The translations under genes and the position numbers were made by a program. From Phoronis australis (Eukaryota; Animalia; Phoronida): a DNA stretch of 64,000 bases. Under the pieces are notes generated by a model, which saw nothing but the letters and a program-made list of their open reading frames with translations, was not told the DNA's origin and made no database searches. The stretch covers positions 124,497 through 188,496 of the forward strand of contig NMRA01000239.1 of the NCBI GenBank assembly GCA_002633005.1. Direction: 5' to 3'. Positions 11,501 to 26,500 of this stretch are shown piece after piece; within the stretch, counting starts at the first letter, position 1, and each line of letters begins with the position of its first letter.

Positions 11501-14500
11501 GCGATTATAAACCAAAGCAATCATGTTAACAGGTAAAATACCCTTCGAGGAACCCAACAAATTGAACAGCTATGTAGATGTGTCTGCTATCCATTGATTA
11601 AAAAAATAATTGAGGGGGTCAGATACACGTTGTACCAGATGTGCGCAGACTGGGCATGTGGGCCCATTGCACTGTTCACCTAGAACCATTTAATATATAG
11701 TTGAAACCAAGCTGAGGAGCTGGAAATCTGACTCCAGGGTTTAGCTGTGGGACCCAGTGGGACTCGAACCCGCGACCGCCAGTAAAGAAAGCAGGCACCT
11801 ATCATCTTCTGTTTTAACCACAACTAGTTTTTTGACATTTTTCTCAGTAATGTAGATTGCCAACTGCCATAAGGTTCTGTGCCGGGTTGCATGAAATGGT
11901 CCTAAATAGGAATTCATCTAAAGTCTCTAAATTTTTTATGTATTTGTGGAGTTGTGATAGCACTGATTGTCTCTTCTTATGCTGTTTTCATTTCATAACT
12001 AAGTCAAATTTCTCTGTGATCCAAAGCGAGAGTGAATTCTACATTGAATTCTTAATATTATTGAAAAAATAAGTAGTAATGATCTTTTCATGCAATGGTC
12101 CTAATTTAAGGACTAAGTCCTCATTTACTTTTAGAATTAAGGGCTCAATTTTTAATTATATTATCAGAAAATGTCATTATAGTTAAACAGGAGCTCAAAT
12201 AACAAAAATAAAATGAAAGAAAAAGATAACATCTGTGAGATATGAACGACACAAATATGCAAAAGATTTAGTGAACTTGGTCAAGTCCCTATTCGGGACC
12301 ATTTCATGCAACCGGGCACAGTGCCTCTACAATTTTGGCACACATGTAACTGGCACTGGTAATAACTTTAGTTACTTTTACTCTTATTTTCATGCTTTCG
12401 CATATAAGTTGCAAGCTTTCTCTTGCAAATGTGATTTGTTTTCAACTCTTCTGAAGCACTTAAATTTGAAATTCCCGTTTTTGTTGCATCCTGCTCATGT
12501 TGCTATGCATAATGAAATGTTATGGTTTTCATTGTGCCTGTCCTAGATGGAACTCTGCCTTTTTTTCAAAGGTTGAAAAATACATTGCGTGACTCTCCTA
12601 CTTCTCAAAATGTCAGCAAGCACGTCCAGCTTTGATACTGCCCCCTTTTGTGATTTTCTTGGTGTCGTCATTGCATATTAAATTGCAATAACACAAGTTT
12701 GCCTTAAGTACAGTAATTAATTGCATAATAATTAGGATATGAGATAGTGCATGGTACAGTTGTAGAAGCAAGACAGGTACTCGACACACCAGCTGCATTG
12801 TGAGTAAATACCTTAAAATGAGAGTGGTGCTGTATTATTTCAGGGCGAGCCTTTTCTCAAAGTAGCATTTTTTGTCGTGCTCATCTGGGACACCGAACGC
12901 AGGCATTTAAACACGACTTATTTCTTTTGGATTCTTATACAAACTTGTGATTCAAGTGTATGTCAAAGTAGAACATGGTCTTATCCACCGCCAAAGGCAA
13001 AAGTGATATAATAATAATAATAATAATTATAATAGTAAGTGTCATTCCATTTGTCGGTGGATGCAGACAGTAATATTTTGTATAAAGCTCCTACATTTCT
13101 GTGGAGATTTCAATCAAACTTACAAAAAATATGCTCTCAAAGTGCCATAGCGCATATCTACACTCATTAGCAATTCAGTCGCATTTTCTTGAATTTTTGT
13201 CCGTTCTTGATTTCCACCTGTCCACATAGGGAAATGCTCGTCTATGTGCAACTCCTACATTTCTCAGGGGTTTAGACCAAACTTTCAAAATAGTACAGGG
13301 ATATTCCTGGATTGCGCCTTTGCGCCATTAGCACATGAAAAAATAAAAAGGCGCAAATACGTTGCAGCAGTGCCCCCCCCCCCGGGCACATCTTTTGAAA
13401 CGCAACAGTCTTCCATAAATGCAAGATTCAAGTCAACTTAGGTAAAATATGGCTCTGTTCTTATTTCGATTGCCCTTGGTATTTCTGTTTCATATATTGC
13501 CACTTTAATTACACTAAGTCTGCTGGGTACGTCTTTTTGAAAAAAGGCTCAATTTTTTATCACCAGGTGCGCCCAAAGGGCACAGGTTCAAACCTGGTCA
13601 GGAATGTCCCTGCAGTGTGATGATGAAGTGGTGTAGCTCATATACTTTTAGCATTTTTGCAGTTCTACCGTATTTTTCTGAGTTTTGTCCGTTCTTGATT
13701 TTCATTCAGCCATGTTGAGTAATGCTCTTGTGTGCGGAATTCCTACATTTATCGGGATTTTGGTCAAACTTTTAAAAAGGCCTGTTTTTAGAATGTCGTA
13801 ATCCATATTATCGAATTTTTCGTATTAAACAGTATTTTCCTGAGTTTTGCCCCGTTCTTGATTGTCACTCATGCGTGTGCGGTAGTGCTATTCAGTGCGC
13901 ATCCAAACTGTCAAAAAGTTTGCGCATGAAGTGCCATAGTAGTGTTGTATCATTGGCAATTTGGAGTGGGACTGTATTTTCCTGAAAGCGGCCTGCCTTG
14001 CATGTTGGTTTATGCTTAAAGATTCTCCGTACTACTACTGAACCATCGGCGCGGTATATCAATGTCCGTGACTGTGTTTGGAAACTGAAGAGGGGGTTTA
14101 ACATAGATGAGTATACTTCTGTAAAAATTCAATTTGGGACAAAAATAATTGAAAGGCTCAAAATTTTGCCAAATGCTACATGGTAATAGCTCCGCCATGC
14201 AAACCATACTAAAGGCAAAATATATATTCTTGAAAATTTATTTTTGTTGAGAAATTTGACAAAATAAAATTACATCTGTTCGCCATATTGTGTCCCAAAC
14301 TGAAGAATGAGCGGAGTCAGCTCAGCTGACCATAAGAAGAGCTGATCTGTTGTCATTCTTTGTACTAAGGGGCTGACCTACATGTTTGTTGACATCACAA
14401 AGAGGATTGTTTCAGTATTACATAAACTCAAGATTTACCAAATGTGATTGACCTAAGCCAGACATGAGTGAAATATAGTCATGCTGAGTTTCTGTGCAGG

Positions 14501-17500
14501 CACTGGGGGAAATTATGTGACTGAGCACTACTTGATGTCTGTTGCTCTTGGAAATGTACATATGGGCATATATATGGGGGGGGGGCTTCCCTCGACCCAT
14601 CTTCATTTTAGTAGTACTGGGATCAGCCACAGACTTTGTTTCCATTATACACTTCAAAAGTTTATTTTTTTGGAAAGAATCTGTCTTCGTTCTTGCAAGA
14701 AACCATGTTTATTCGGTTCCATAATTAGATGGGCATGGTGACTTTACGCGAAACTGTTTGAATAACATGTTTTTTCATATGTAGAATATGTATATCCACT
14801 TGGTGCGCCAGAGAGCCATGCTGTGATTGGCTAACAATGCTTTGACCCAGTAACTAAGAAACTGGTGACTGACTTCCCATGCTGTAAACGTTGCTTTTTT
14901 CTGTCGCTTCCGAAGAGAAATTTTTGAAATAGACGTGCATATCACATGATGTAGGGGCAGGTGGAGTAGATAAATATGCTATCTTGCCTTATATGCTAAA
15001 ACATCGCCAATGACTTGGCGCATTTTGAACGCACGTTCCCACAATGTCAGTGTTAAAGTGATTGAGGAAGCACATGTGACTATCCCCAACCACGCCATCC
15101 AAACTAGAGCATCAGTCAGTTACCACACCCGCCCTCAAACCTCAAAAGGTTTCAAAATTTAGGTCAGTGTGTGATGCAAAGGCCACACTCAATCTTGGGT
15201 TGATCTGCGTTGCAAGGAATCTGGCTCTTGGCACGGGGAAAGCCGCATTTTCTTGGTAGGATAGGAATTCTTGTGGTCACAGCTGGCGACATCTGCTTAA
15301 TAAAAAAATGACGTTTGGTCAATGTTTGGCAGCAAATTTGTTGACTACTAATACTAATTAGAAGTTTTGAATCCAGAAAAGCATGGTAATTAAAAAACAG
15401 GGCTAACTAATTTTGGGCTGGGTGACTTGATTCGCTGGCGCCCTGAAGACAACCGGGCTTTTTAGGCCTAGGTATATCCCAGGTATTACCTCGAAGGATG
15501 GCTGGTATATGTTTACGGGCTGCTGCTGGAAAACAAGGAAAATACGTGAGCTGAAAAGGGGATCCCTTGATGGGCTATAAGGGGGTTATGGAAATCAAGT
15601 TAAGGCCAGTGTTTATAGTGTTTCTTAATTCACATGTGATATAGAATTAAAAGGACCAACTTCACGGATTAAGACTGAAAAAACATCCAAATTTGGCAAA
15701 CTTCTTAACATCATATCTCAGAGATAGATGGCAGATTGGATTCATATGAATCTATATGTGATGCACTGTTCTCTAAAATTCTGTTGAGAATTGTTTTTAA
15801 AATGTTCCACTTTCGCATTAGGCGCTATAAAAATTGGACTTCTATGATTTTCATGGAAAAAATCGAAATCGAAAATTACATAAAACGAAAACAAAATGAT
15901 AATTTTGAAAACTGTAATTGGGTTTTTGAGATTTCGTCTTGAACATTTAAATCAAAGCATATTTGTTTATGTTACTGATACTTTGTTTTGCAATGAATGC
16001 GGTACCTTAATATTTTCAATATATTTTAGTATAAGCATGATCACAGGACCCAATTTTAAAATGGGAGATTCGTAAAGACAAAAGTTAATTTTTACAAGCT
16101 TTCTAGTTAGAAAACATGTACTGTTACCAAGTGAAATGCTGTAGTTATGCAGCTATTTGGCTAAATACAAAGAGTTGCCAATGAGGTCCTCTGTAACTTA
16201 CTGTGTTGTCTATGAGGTCCTCTGTAACTTACTGTGTTGTCGATGAGGTCCTCTGTAACCTTACTGTGCTGTCTAGGATTCTGTTAGTTGTTGTTTTTGT
16301 TTAGTTTGATTTATGTCCTATGTAAGATGAGGGCGCCCTACTCAATTGTAATTCCAGGCCTGATTTGGATGCCCTATCTCAACAGTGTCATGTGGTGGTT
16401 CCTAGATGCGGCCTGAATACATGTGGTAGAAATCATCTCCTTTCTGAAAAACTGTGCATACCACACTTATGCCTATGCATTTCTTAGGCAGGTTTATTAC
16501 AATAGTTTATGTGAATATGCACACAGTCAGATCAGGTTGTCAAGCATGCCATGCCATTCAAGAGTCATGCGTGAACATGAACGCTCATTGATTGCCCTTG
16601 CTTGTCCCCTAGGCCTGTTCAAAGTAGTTGAAGTTGGTGATGACATGCTTATTGTTTGCTGTGAGTACCTGCACTTACTCATATTGGCATGCTTACCACT
16701 TAGCTGGGTCACCAATTTTGGCTGCTGCTTACCTGGTTTCCCATCTGCTGAACCTGCTTTCAATCTTTAATACACACTAACTTTTCACTGTTTTTCTTGG
16801 ATACGAAGACTCTGCCTTGAATTTGGCTGCTTATAAAGGACCTGTCTTTTGTTATTTGGTGCTTGAATATTACTTTAGTAGTTGCTGGTTATTTTAGTTG
16901 ATATTGATCTGTACACCGTAATGGACCAACAGATGTTTTATACCACACTGAGTATTTGATTATTAGATAAATGTGGTTAGGTTCTGAGAATGCGGACGTT
17001 TCTCAAAGCATTACTGTAGTCAGATCCTGGCCTCACTGTGAATGAACTACAGACCTTTCCATATATCAATACTGCCACTATCGAATAAGTACCAGCAAGC
17101 CACCCAAGTTATCGGTCTTCTCAGACTAGTGGTTGTTCCGGTGAAATTTTTCTAGGTGGTCTTTTATTTGCTTAATGACACAAGACTGCTGGCACATACT
17201 TAGACCTGTCTAGTGCTACCTGATTATTCGACAGCTATCAAACCACAGCCTGTTTCTTCAGCTTGTTAAGTGTTGCATGCCTTCTGTTAAGACTCATGTT
17301 CTCTGTGTCTTCTGTTTTCACTGTTACTTCACGTACTTCATGTCTTCAGATGAGGAAGAAGAAGACCTGGACAGTTTCGAGCGTCCAGACAAGAAGGAGC
17401 TACAGAACACACTGAAGACGCTCAACTCAAAGCTTGGGGACTTGAATATCTGCAATGACCTGATCTCCAAACACGGCTCTGCCCTGCAGAGGGCGCTTGG

Positions 17501-20500
17501 GGAAGTGGAACAGATTGACGCAGGCGAGGATGTGTCTCAGAAGATCAAGACAGTGCACGAGCGAGCTACGCTTCTTCGCATCACCACAAACGCAATGATT
17601 AAGGTACAACACTACTCACGCGCACAGTCTGTTCGGTCGCATGTATATTTTGGTGTCTAGTTTGGAGAATAATAGTCTGATGCTAGTGTGGATTTTGTTA
17701 TGGAGTGCTTTCTGACTCAAGTATGTGATAAGCAGATAACAGCCTTGGTAACCCTAGAAAAGCCCAGTGCGTTTAATGCAGCGTTCTTTTCCGCTGCGCT
17801 TTTATTCCGTGGGAAATGTTTTTAGGGTGCATTACTCTTTCGCTGCTAATTATATATGAGAAGTAAACTGTGCTCGCAGGGATTTGAAAACACTGTATGA
17901 AAATCGGGGCCATTGTCAGTCATTGGTCAGTTGCCATGACGTGAGGTGCTAGTGTAATGCTATGCTACTTACTACGAATAGTGTTGAAGATTTGCTGCAA
18001 GAGAAGTACTAGGAGGTGACTACGTTCAAAATTACAGCTGATAATCCAAGTTCAGTTCCAGTTCCAAAAAGCCATATAAGTGTTGCAGGTATTCATAAAA
18101 ACGTTCATCGTAGTGCACTTGGATGTGTGACAGCTCTCTTAAATTACGTCCGATTTGTTAGCTCTTCTCTATAAAATTTAGTCCACAGGATGTCTTGTAG
18201 TCACTGCCTAGACTAGTTATCCTCAATCAAATAATAACAGAATTCGATAACAATTCACCATTTTGCAAAATTGCTCCAGTGATGGATTTGGTGCGGAGTG
18301 GTGGCTAAAAAGGAAACGCAGCCATTTTTTTATGATACATTTAGTAAACCTGAAGATCCCTGGGTATCTTGAAAATGCATCTTTGAGTGTTACCCTGGTG
18401 TGTGTGTGTGCACTATCCATGGTATGGTGGAAAATGACATTAGTTACTCGGCAAAAGGCCTGCGAATCACCTTGGTTCAGCATTTGAATATGGAAGAAAC
18501 ATAATATCCTGCTCGCTGTTAAATACAGTCTGGGCGTGTCTTTCGCATTTGCTCAGTGAAAGTGAATGTAGAACGGGTCTTTGCTTGGACGCAGGGCTTT
18601 GTCTAGCGAGTGTCCAAGGCATCCAGTTGGATGGCCAGTGTCGGATTTCGATGCCTTTTGGAGGACACCCAGACTCGATTTTGGATGCTGAGTTTCATAT
18701 CAGTTTCTATTTTTGGACTCCCAGTTTATTTTTGTCAATCAGAGATGGCGTCTCTGAGTGAATGGCGAGAGTGCTGAGCCAACAATTTTCATGTTAAGCA
18801 ATGGCCAAGCGGCATGAAAAGACTAATCACAGCTGGATTTGTGAGGCCCACTTGCTCCTGGATTATCCTATTGACAATCATTTGTCAATGTCATAGATTT
18901 ATCACATAACCCTTTATGTGGGTGCAGGGGTTTATACAGGGGCTGTCTTCAGGATTTTTTCTTTGGTCTGGTTCGACGAGACGGAGTGAATTTAAAAAGA
19001 CGGGAAAAAGTTTAGAAAGTTATTTGAAGTGACGGCCATTTTCTTAATATTGTTGGTTGGTCGGTCGTCGCTCAAATAGATCAACCGTCAGTCATTTCAG
19101 AAATAAGAAATTTACTGCTCGAAAAGTGTTTTCTTAGCGCAGTTTTCAGTATTCTTTTCGCCATGTGACGCTGGTTGGACAAGGGCAGCAAATCTTTGAA
19201 TGGAAATGCTTTCAACGACTCTGATTGATTGTTTCTTAGATGAACATTATTGTTTTACTTTGGTGCATTTCTCATTATTATCGGCCAATCGAAATTAAGC
19301 TCGTCTCATTACCAGCGGATTTTTTCTGCATACATCCAACATTGGCATTTTTATAATTCACTCCAAACTTGAGATGGTTCTCAACGGGAAGAATGGGTTA
19401 GGGACAATCCTAAAAATATTGAGAAATGGCATGGTTGCAAACGTTTGGCAATATAGTTGATATCTTTTTGGAAAAAATGACTTCAACAGGCCTTACTGTC
19501 CCGTCTAAGTAAATGGAAACTGTTTACTGGACCTAATTACATATTCAAGATGTTGGACAAAACCGTAGACCCGCATGTTGTGCAGTTTCTACAAAAATAT
19601 GGGTTGTGTTGAGTTTTAGCGTTGGATGTACGAACTTCAGAAAGTCGGATAGTAGACGTTGCGAATGTGTTGACCATAAGAATGTTGCGTAAGACATGAG
19701 ACTTGAGTGCCATCTTCAAAAGTTGATACGGATCACCTGACACAGAACGAGTTGTTCCAGTGTGTAAACGGGGCTGACACGGAGCAAATTGAAACCGCGG
19801 TGACAAATTTTGCCACCCGTTTGTGAGGTAGAGCAATTTACGCCCGAACATCTTGCACCGTATCAATTATATGTCTCAACGCGAAACTGGGGCAAGGCGG
19901 AAAGGATCATCTGTACTGCGTTTGCCTAATGACCTATGTACGGGTTCTTTGTCTCTGCAACTCGTCATTTGTAAACCTGCGCATGTGTGATGTCACCCAG
20001 TCTCTCCAGCTTGCAATTTCCGTCTTGCCACAGTTAGTGAGTTGTGGGTGCAAACGGCTGGTAGACACGGGTCAATTTGCTCCATGTCAGTTGCGTCGGG
20101 CCAAAAGTTTATGTCTAAAAGGGACTTAAGAGGAAATATAGGTTTGACTGTTCAGACCCTGTATGATTGAAGTGTGACTCCTTTGCCAAGACACCTCACT
20201 GGGACAGTCTACTTCGTGGGAAGGCAGGACATCATTGCTGTAAAGTTTACCTCTATTTAGATATTTTAATCAACATTGACACCATTAGCATGAACGTTGC
20301 AATGTTTTGTGAACAAAATGTTTCCGCATACAGTTTCAAACACATCTGTATAATGAGTAAACCAAGGGTTTATATTTTGCCAATGAAAGTTTTGTTATAA
20401 CTTCACAGTACTATGCTATTAGATGGGTAGACACACTACTTTGTGGTGCAGCGGTACCGGTGGAGCGCCAGCGCTGGCAAAAACAAGGCGTGTTCAGTTA

Positions 20501-23500
20501 AAAATTTTTTGGTAAATTTGGGCTCCCAGTTTTGGAATCCTGTATAAATCCTTTTTTGGGTGTAATCCATCGTGTTAGTACTGGTCCTCATCAAGTGTTC
20601 TTTTATTTACAGACATTTCACTCATTATAGTGAACGACACCTTTTGCAATACACAATGTCGGCTGTCTTGCAAAGTTGTGCTTTCCTGACTTTAGTCAAT
20701 ACTGTAATGAATAAAGTTGGAGCTGTTAGCCGTTACAAGTATTAAACAAAAGCAAGTAGGCAGTGTTTTGAGCCAATTATCAACAAAACTGCAGACTGTA
20801 ACCCACTAAACATATTTTTTTTCTGAAAGGAGATAAATTATGGAATTTAATTTCATACTGTGCCTTCAATTAGGACCATGATTTTCAGTAAAATTTAGAA
20901 AAAAGGTGTTTTGGAAGGTGCATCTAAAGCGAAACAGCAGTATCACTAACATGGCCAGTTTTATTTTCATTTTAAAATATTTTATAACTTTATCTGAATA
21001 CAGTGACATACAGGTAGTTTAACTAGATTCTTAATAGTTATTGTGTGCACTTACCTACATGAAAGTTGAAACTAGAATTGACCTAGCTCATACTGCAGTG
21101 CTGGATGGCTCAGGTTCTGGTAACTTGTAAGCCCTCTGCCTTCACAATCTCTTCTAAACATTCTTAGCTTTTAAATTCCAGTGGTTTTTGTATTTCATAA
21201 ATCTGTTTCGTTCACTGTTACAGTATTTGTTATATTTCGTTTAAATATTACACCTTTTATTAGTGCCTTTCACTTCTTTTCTGTACCACAAGGCTTAAAT
21301 ATTTTGCAATAATTGACCAAACTTTTAAATATTGGTGGGGCGCCACGCGAGGCCTTGAAATTCCTGTTCGCTAAGACAGAAAGATGGATGCCCATTTGAA
21401 ATTTGGGGTCACCTTGGACACCCAGTTTCCAAAATTCTGGACCAAGCCTGCTTGGACATCTCCTCTTTAGTGTCATTTATGACTTAAACCAGTTTCCTGT
21501 GTTTAAGTTGAAAGAATAAGATAAACCTAGGCCATGGCTGTGGCTACTGATATACTAACGCAGAGTGGCCAAGGTGGTTATAGCAACGAAAGAATATTTA
21601 ATAACATAATTTGGCCATCTAAATACTGCTTGCTTGTTCTATTAACAATTGAGAGGATGAAAAAAGTTGTTAATGTCACTTTGCTTTTGAAAGTTAGTGT
21701 TTAATATGTGAATTGCAATCTTTTGCATTCTGGGGACTTTTACTTGTCAATAAACTTTGTCTCAAGAAATTGTCCTAAAGATCTACAATTTAACAAATTG
21801 TTGTTAAGGAAATTCATTTTCCTTGAATCAGATGTTGATTTTTTAATCTATGTCTTACCAACTTGACTCCATGTCTAGCGGAGTGTCGATGTATTTGTCA
21901 AGTTAGCTGAACCTTTTAGTCTGGCTGTCATAGTTAGTTGACACAGTTTGAGGTGTGAGTCATCAAAATTATTACAAAATGGGCACAAGGAAACAATTTG
22001 TAGGTGTGTGTTTTTTTTAATTTTAGTTGTTGCCCATGTGGTCAGATAATAAATGAATCCAAGTGCTCATTGTTACAGAACAATGAATATTTGAAAAAAT
22101 ATCAGATATTAACTCGTGCTGTTATGGAAAGCGACACCTGTTGATGACTTTGATAACACTTAAGTTAATTGCGTTGAAGTCATGACCTCTGCTTTTATTA
22201 AATCCACGTATTTACTGTGAAGTTGCGCTCTTAACTTAGATCCAAGACTGAAGTTAACCATTCATATTGACGGGCACTTTTCAGAACATTGACGGATCCA
22301 CGTTGGCAGGCTTATGAACAGCGCAGCGCATCACAGCACAGCCCAGTGCGAATTAAGGACAACATTCATTGTCGTTGTCTTTAGAAGGAATTCTGGTTCA
22401 TTTTGTCCAATTGTGTTTGCAGTGTTTGCCCGAGGCTGTATTTTCGTGCCTTTTGACGCAAAAAAGTTAACAAAGATGCACTATGAGATTATTGGTGTTG
22501 CTGTTGACACAAGTTTGAAAAGTTGTAAAAATATCAGACTGTATTTTTTATTGATAAAAGTTCAAGGTATTCCTCCTTTTTCCAATACTCTATGTGTGTC
22601 TTTTCACACTAATGTGTTGTTCATGTTCTGTTTTTGACTTCAAAAACCGTTTCAATCATTTAGAAGATGTGGGTAGGGTTGGGTTGGGGTTAGGGTTTAG
22701 GTAGTTGAGGCTGGGGACTATGGGCTAGGACTAGGGTCCGTGGGGGCCCAGTTTTTGGACGAGTAAGGCTAATTCTGTGTGTGGCATGTGTTTTTGTAAT
22801 GCTGAAGTATAATTCATGATATTGCACATTGAATTGCTTGTTCAATGGTGTTTTTCTCATGAATTTGTGAATCACCCTAAATGCTTGTTCTCCAGTGCTG
22901 ATATAAATGTCTCTTTAGGATAAGTCTTCAACAATTCTGGTAAGGATCAGTTTTAATGTGGGTTTTGAGATCCTTTTCATGGGCCAGGATATTAATAATT
23001 TCCCTTGTATAATCTTGTTCTGTATTTTGATTGTCCATGCAGAAGTAATGCGAAATGTTTGTCACTTTTAACACTCAGTATTAATAGATGTATTAAGCCA
23101 ACTTTTGTCTCTGGCATTAATATGATAGCAATGTTAACATAGCCTGCACTTAGTTATAGAAGTGTCGGGTGACATAAAAAATTAACCAGTCACCAGAGTG
23201 ACTGTCGGCTGTCGCTCCACCCACTCTGTCCCGTGACGCAGTCTTAGAAAAACTTAGACAATAGCAGTAAGTAATTCAGCGTGTCTAAGTGCCCAGGCAA
23301 GTTTGGATAACATTTTTTGTATATAGGTCGTCATTGCAAATTCATGCACGACAACTGGCTAGCAAATTTTGATCCAATTTTGATATTTTTTTTTGTATTT
23401 GTGTTAATATTCTTTTTGACTTAAGATGTTGTTTTGAAGCCACATAGTAGGGTCTTTCGGTCATGAAGCAAAGGCCAAGAATAAAAATTCAGATGCCCTT

Positions 23501-26500
23501 GAAAAAATAATTTAAAAACTTTCTTAGTGTAACAAAGTCGTGAATGATTGTTTAAGCATCAAGGAACTTTCCACGTGTTGCTTTTTGTTCATTCTGTAGA
23601 AATTGTGAGAAGATTCGCAAAAATCAGGGATTCCAAACATGGCCACTTAATTCTTATTGTGAATGAACTAGTTGAAGTGGGTCGAAAATATCTTCATTTC
23701 ACAAAGGTTGGTCCAAATTTGAGCTTTCTGATTGATTGCATTGGAAAATTGAAAGATGAAATTCCCAATTAGGAATTGGGAAAAGGTTTCCGCAGCCTCG
23801 TGAAGTGTTGTCACCAGTGAGGTCAAGGTCAATGGTTTTGTAGTATTGCCTATTTTCCCAGGATACTCTATGTACAACTTATACTTACTCGACATATTTG
23901 CATTTTAATGGAAGTGTATGTATAAACAAAATACGTCTTTGGTAATAATCGTCTTCCTTGTATGAAAGCATGCAGCTGCTAGTTTCCATTGACGGTGTTG
24001 GCGTTCCATCACTGGCCATGTAGTAGCCGGCATGCTTGAAAGGCACCCAGGGCATTTTTTCTTGATTTTTCTTGTGTTTTACCAGTTATGGAAGTGGAAT
24101 AAATGATACTCCACATTTAAATAGTAAGATTATTTGGGGTCTGATACACAAACTGTCTGTTGACACCTTGTAATAACTTGGCTTCGAAATCCACCCACGC
24201 TCCATTTGTCATATACAGAAAAACGTCTTATGAAATTGTTTGCTCGTCATTGACAGACGTTTGGATGCTACTACGAGTGACACCTGGTGACTGGTTAATT
24301 CTTTCGTTGGTGGTGGTTTTTCCTCAAGTTGTTTTTTAATTGCACGAAACAGATGGATGTTAAAATGATAAATTCAAATGTTGAATCAATTGGATTTTTG
24401 TAACATTGAAGCCTCATAGAATAGGAGTGATCTACTTTAGATGGAAGGTTACTGTTAGCAATCGCACAGTCTGTATTTGTGTTTTAAAACTGAATTTGTG
24501 ATCTGCCACTGACAAGCATTTCATTTGATGTAATATTTGAATGAAATTTCTAGTCGCGTGTTTGGTGCTTAACTTGAACACAACCTTGAAATAACTTGGT
24601 CATAGCGTTATGTAGAATAAGGTTGGTGTTGATCAAGTCTCGAACCTTTTGGGAAATCTCAAGTTTACTTTGACGGGATTTAGGTTTATGGGAAAAGAGG
24701 TATTTGTTCCTGACCTTCATAGGAAGCAACTAAAATATCTTGAACTGTTGAACAGCAGTGTTTTCTAATGGTGCAAACATTTAAGATAAATACTCTATTT
24801 TCCAGTGAAAATGTTTTAGTGCTTGTTTTTGACAGCTGTAATTTATGCCTATGAAAGAATAGCTATGTCAGTGATTTATGTTCAGACTAATTTTATTTAC
24901 ATTATTTTGCTTGTCTCGCTAGTGTCTGAGTTACAAAGTGGCGAGTGTAAAATGATGGTTCAAACGTGCGAGGTTAAACTGCATATATTTGTATTTCAGT
25001 CCTATAGCTTTAGGCATTGTTCTGTTATATGATGTGTATACCATATTGCAGATGTGATTCTCAAAGTTGGGTTGCGTAAGACATCTGTCCACTGGACTAA
25101 TTTGATTGTTGGCCGAGCTCAAACGAATTGTCCTATAGGAGCTTTGTGATGTGTTATAGTGTGACATTGATGGCGGTATTCAGTTTCATTATTAAGCAAT
25201 CGAGTGCTTAGACTTACCCTCTGTGCTGCTCGTTTCAGGCCTGTTCTGATTATCATGACCTGGCTCAGAGTCAGGGTCACCGTTGGCAACGTATGTTGCA
25301 ACATGAACACGAACAGAGGCTACGATTGGAAGATATGGTGGAGCAGTTGGCACGGCAACAGAACAATCTGGAGAACGCGGCCAGGAAACTACAGAATACC
25401 ACCGGTGCAAAGTCACCCAAGCCGAATAACAGTGAGTGCTCATTACCAGTTTGTGTTAGGAAATGTATTTGTGGAAATGTAGTAAGAACGTTGGAATACT
25501 ACCACCTTGAGTAAGAATTTCAAATGCCATTTGGCGACAAGTTAAGAGATGGCTTCTGTGTAGTCCTTCTAGTGGTATCAATACCCGTGTATGGTTTGTT
25601 GGCTCTGTCTGAAAGACAAACCACACTGAAAATTATAGACTTTCATAGCTTAAGGTCTTTGCAATGTGTTGTACAGTATTACTAATTGTAATTTGTGATT
25701 TCTGCTGGATTTTTGTTCAATTATATTGTAATTCTTGGAGATAATATCTCCATAATTATTTTGTTTTCTGCTGATGTGATCTTTCTAAAACAGTTCTAGA
25801 TTTTCAACAATTGAATCGTGACACCTTGATGTTGCCATATCATTTGAATGATTCACATATAAATTATCCGCTTTATACAATGTCATGGGTAAAACTACAC
25901 TTGACGGGTAAATTAACTTAAAAAAATTCTCCTACTGTAAAATTATATTCTGCACGAATAGAATGTTTGATCTATAGCAATGCTGGTACATTTGTGTTTT
26001 GAGGTACTGCATGCATTTATTTGTTACACGGGTTATTTTAGTCTGGGCACTTCTTTCATAGTGAGGTGCTCTCATTCACGGAGATGATGTCAATTTTTTG
26101 AGCGATTTGACTAGTGTCGTCCTTTGCCCAGCATGTTGATGATACACTGTGGGTGACTGAGTGAGTTAAGTCCTAGCAGCGGCTTAGTTTAAAGGTTTCA
26201 GCTGATCGGTCATTGTCAGTGTTAGTACTGCTGATCTTGTTGGTATTTAACATTATGGATAAACTGCCGTGACCATGTAAAACATATAGCGTGAGATTTA
26301 ATGCAACTGCACATTTACTTGATGACACGCTGGGAAATGGACAGCTTTCAAAGTCGACCATGACAAGTTTTCAGACAAAAGTGTCTTGCTTTTTCAAAGG
26401 GAGGCGATGCAAAGCAAGCATTGGTAAAGAAATGTAAACTTGCTTTTCTGAAAGTGTATAATTGTACTTTCAATTTGTTTTCCAATTCAGCTTTTATGTG

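Larger units (their letters stand above)
7914..11845. repeat. Tandem near-identical blocks 7914-10016 / 10019-11845 joined at N10017 (likely haplotype duplication artefact)
   Basis: Scattered SNPs, one ~275-bp indel (8150-8424), single N at the junction. Confidence 0.85.
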
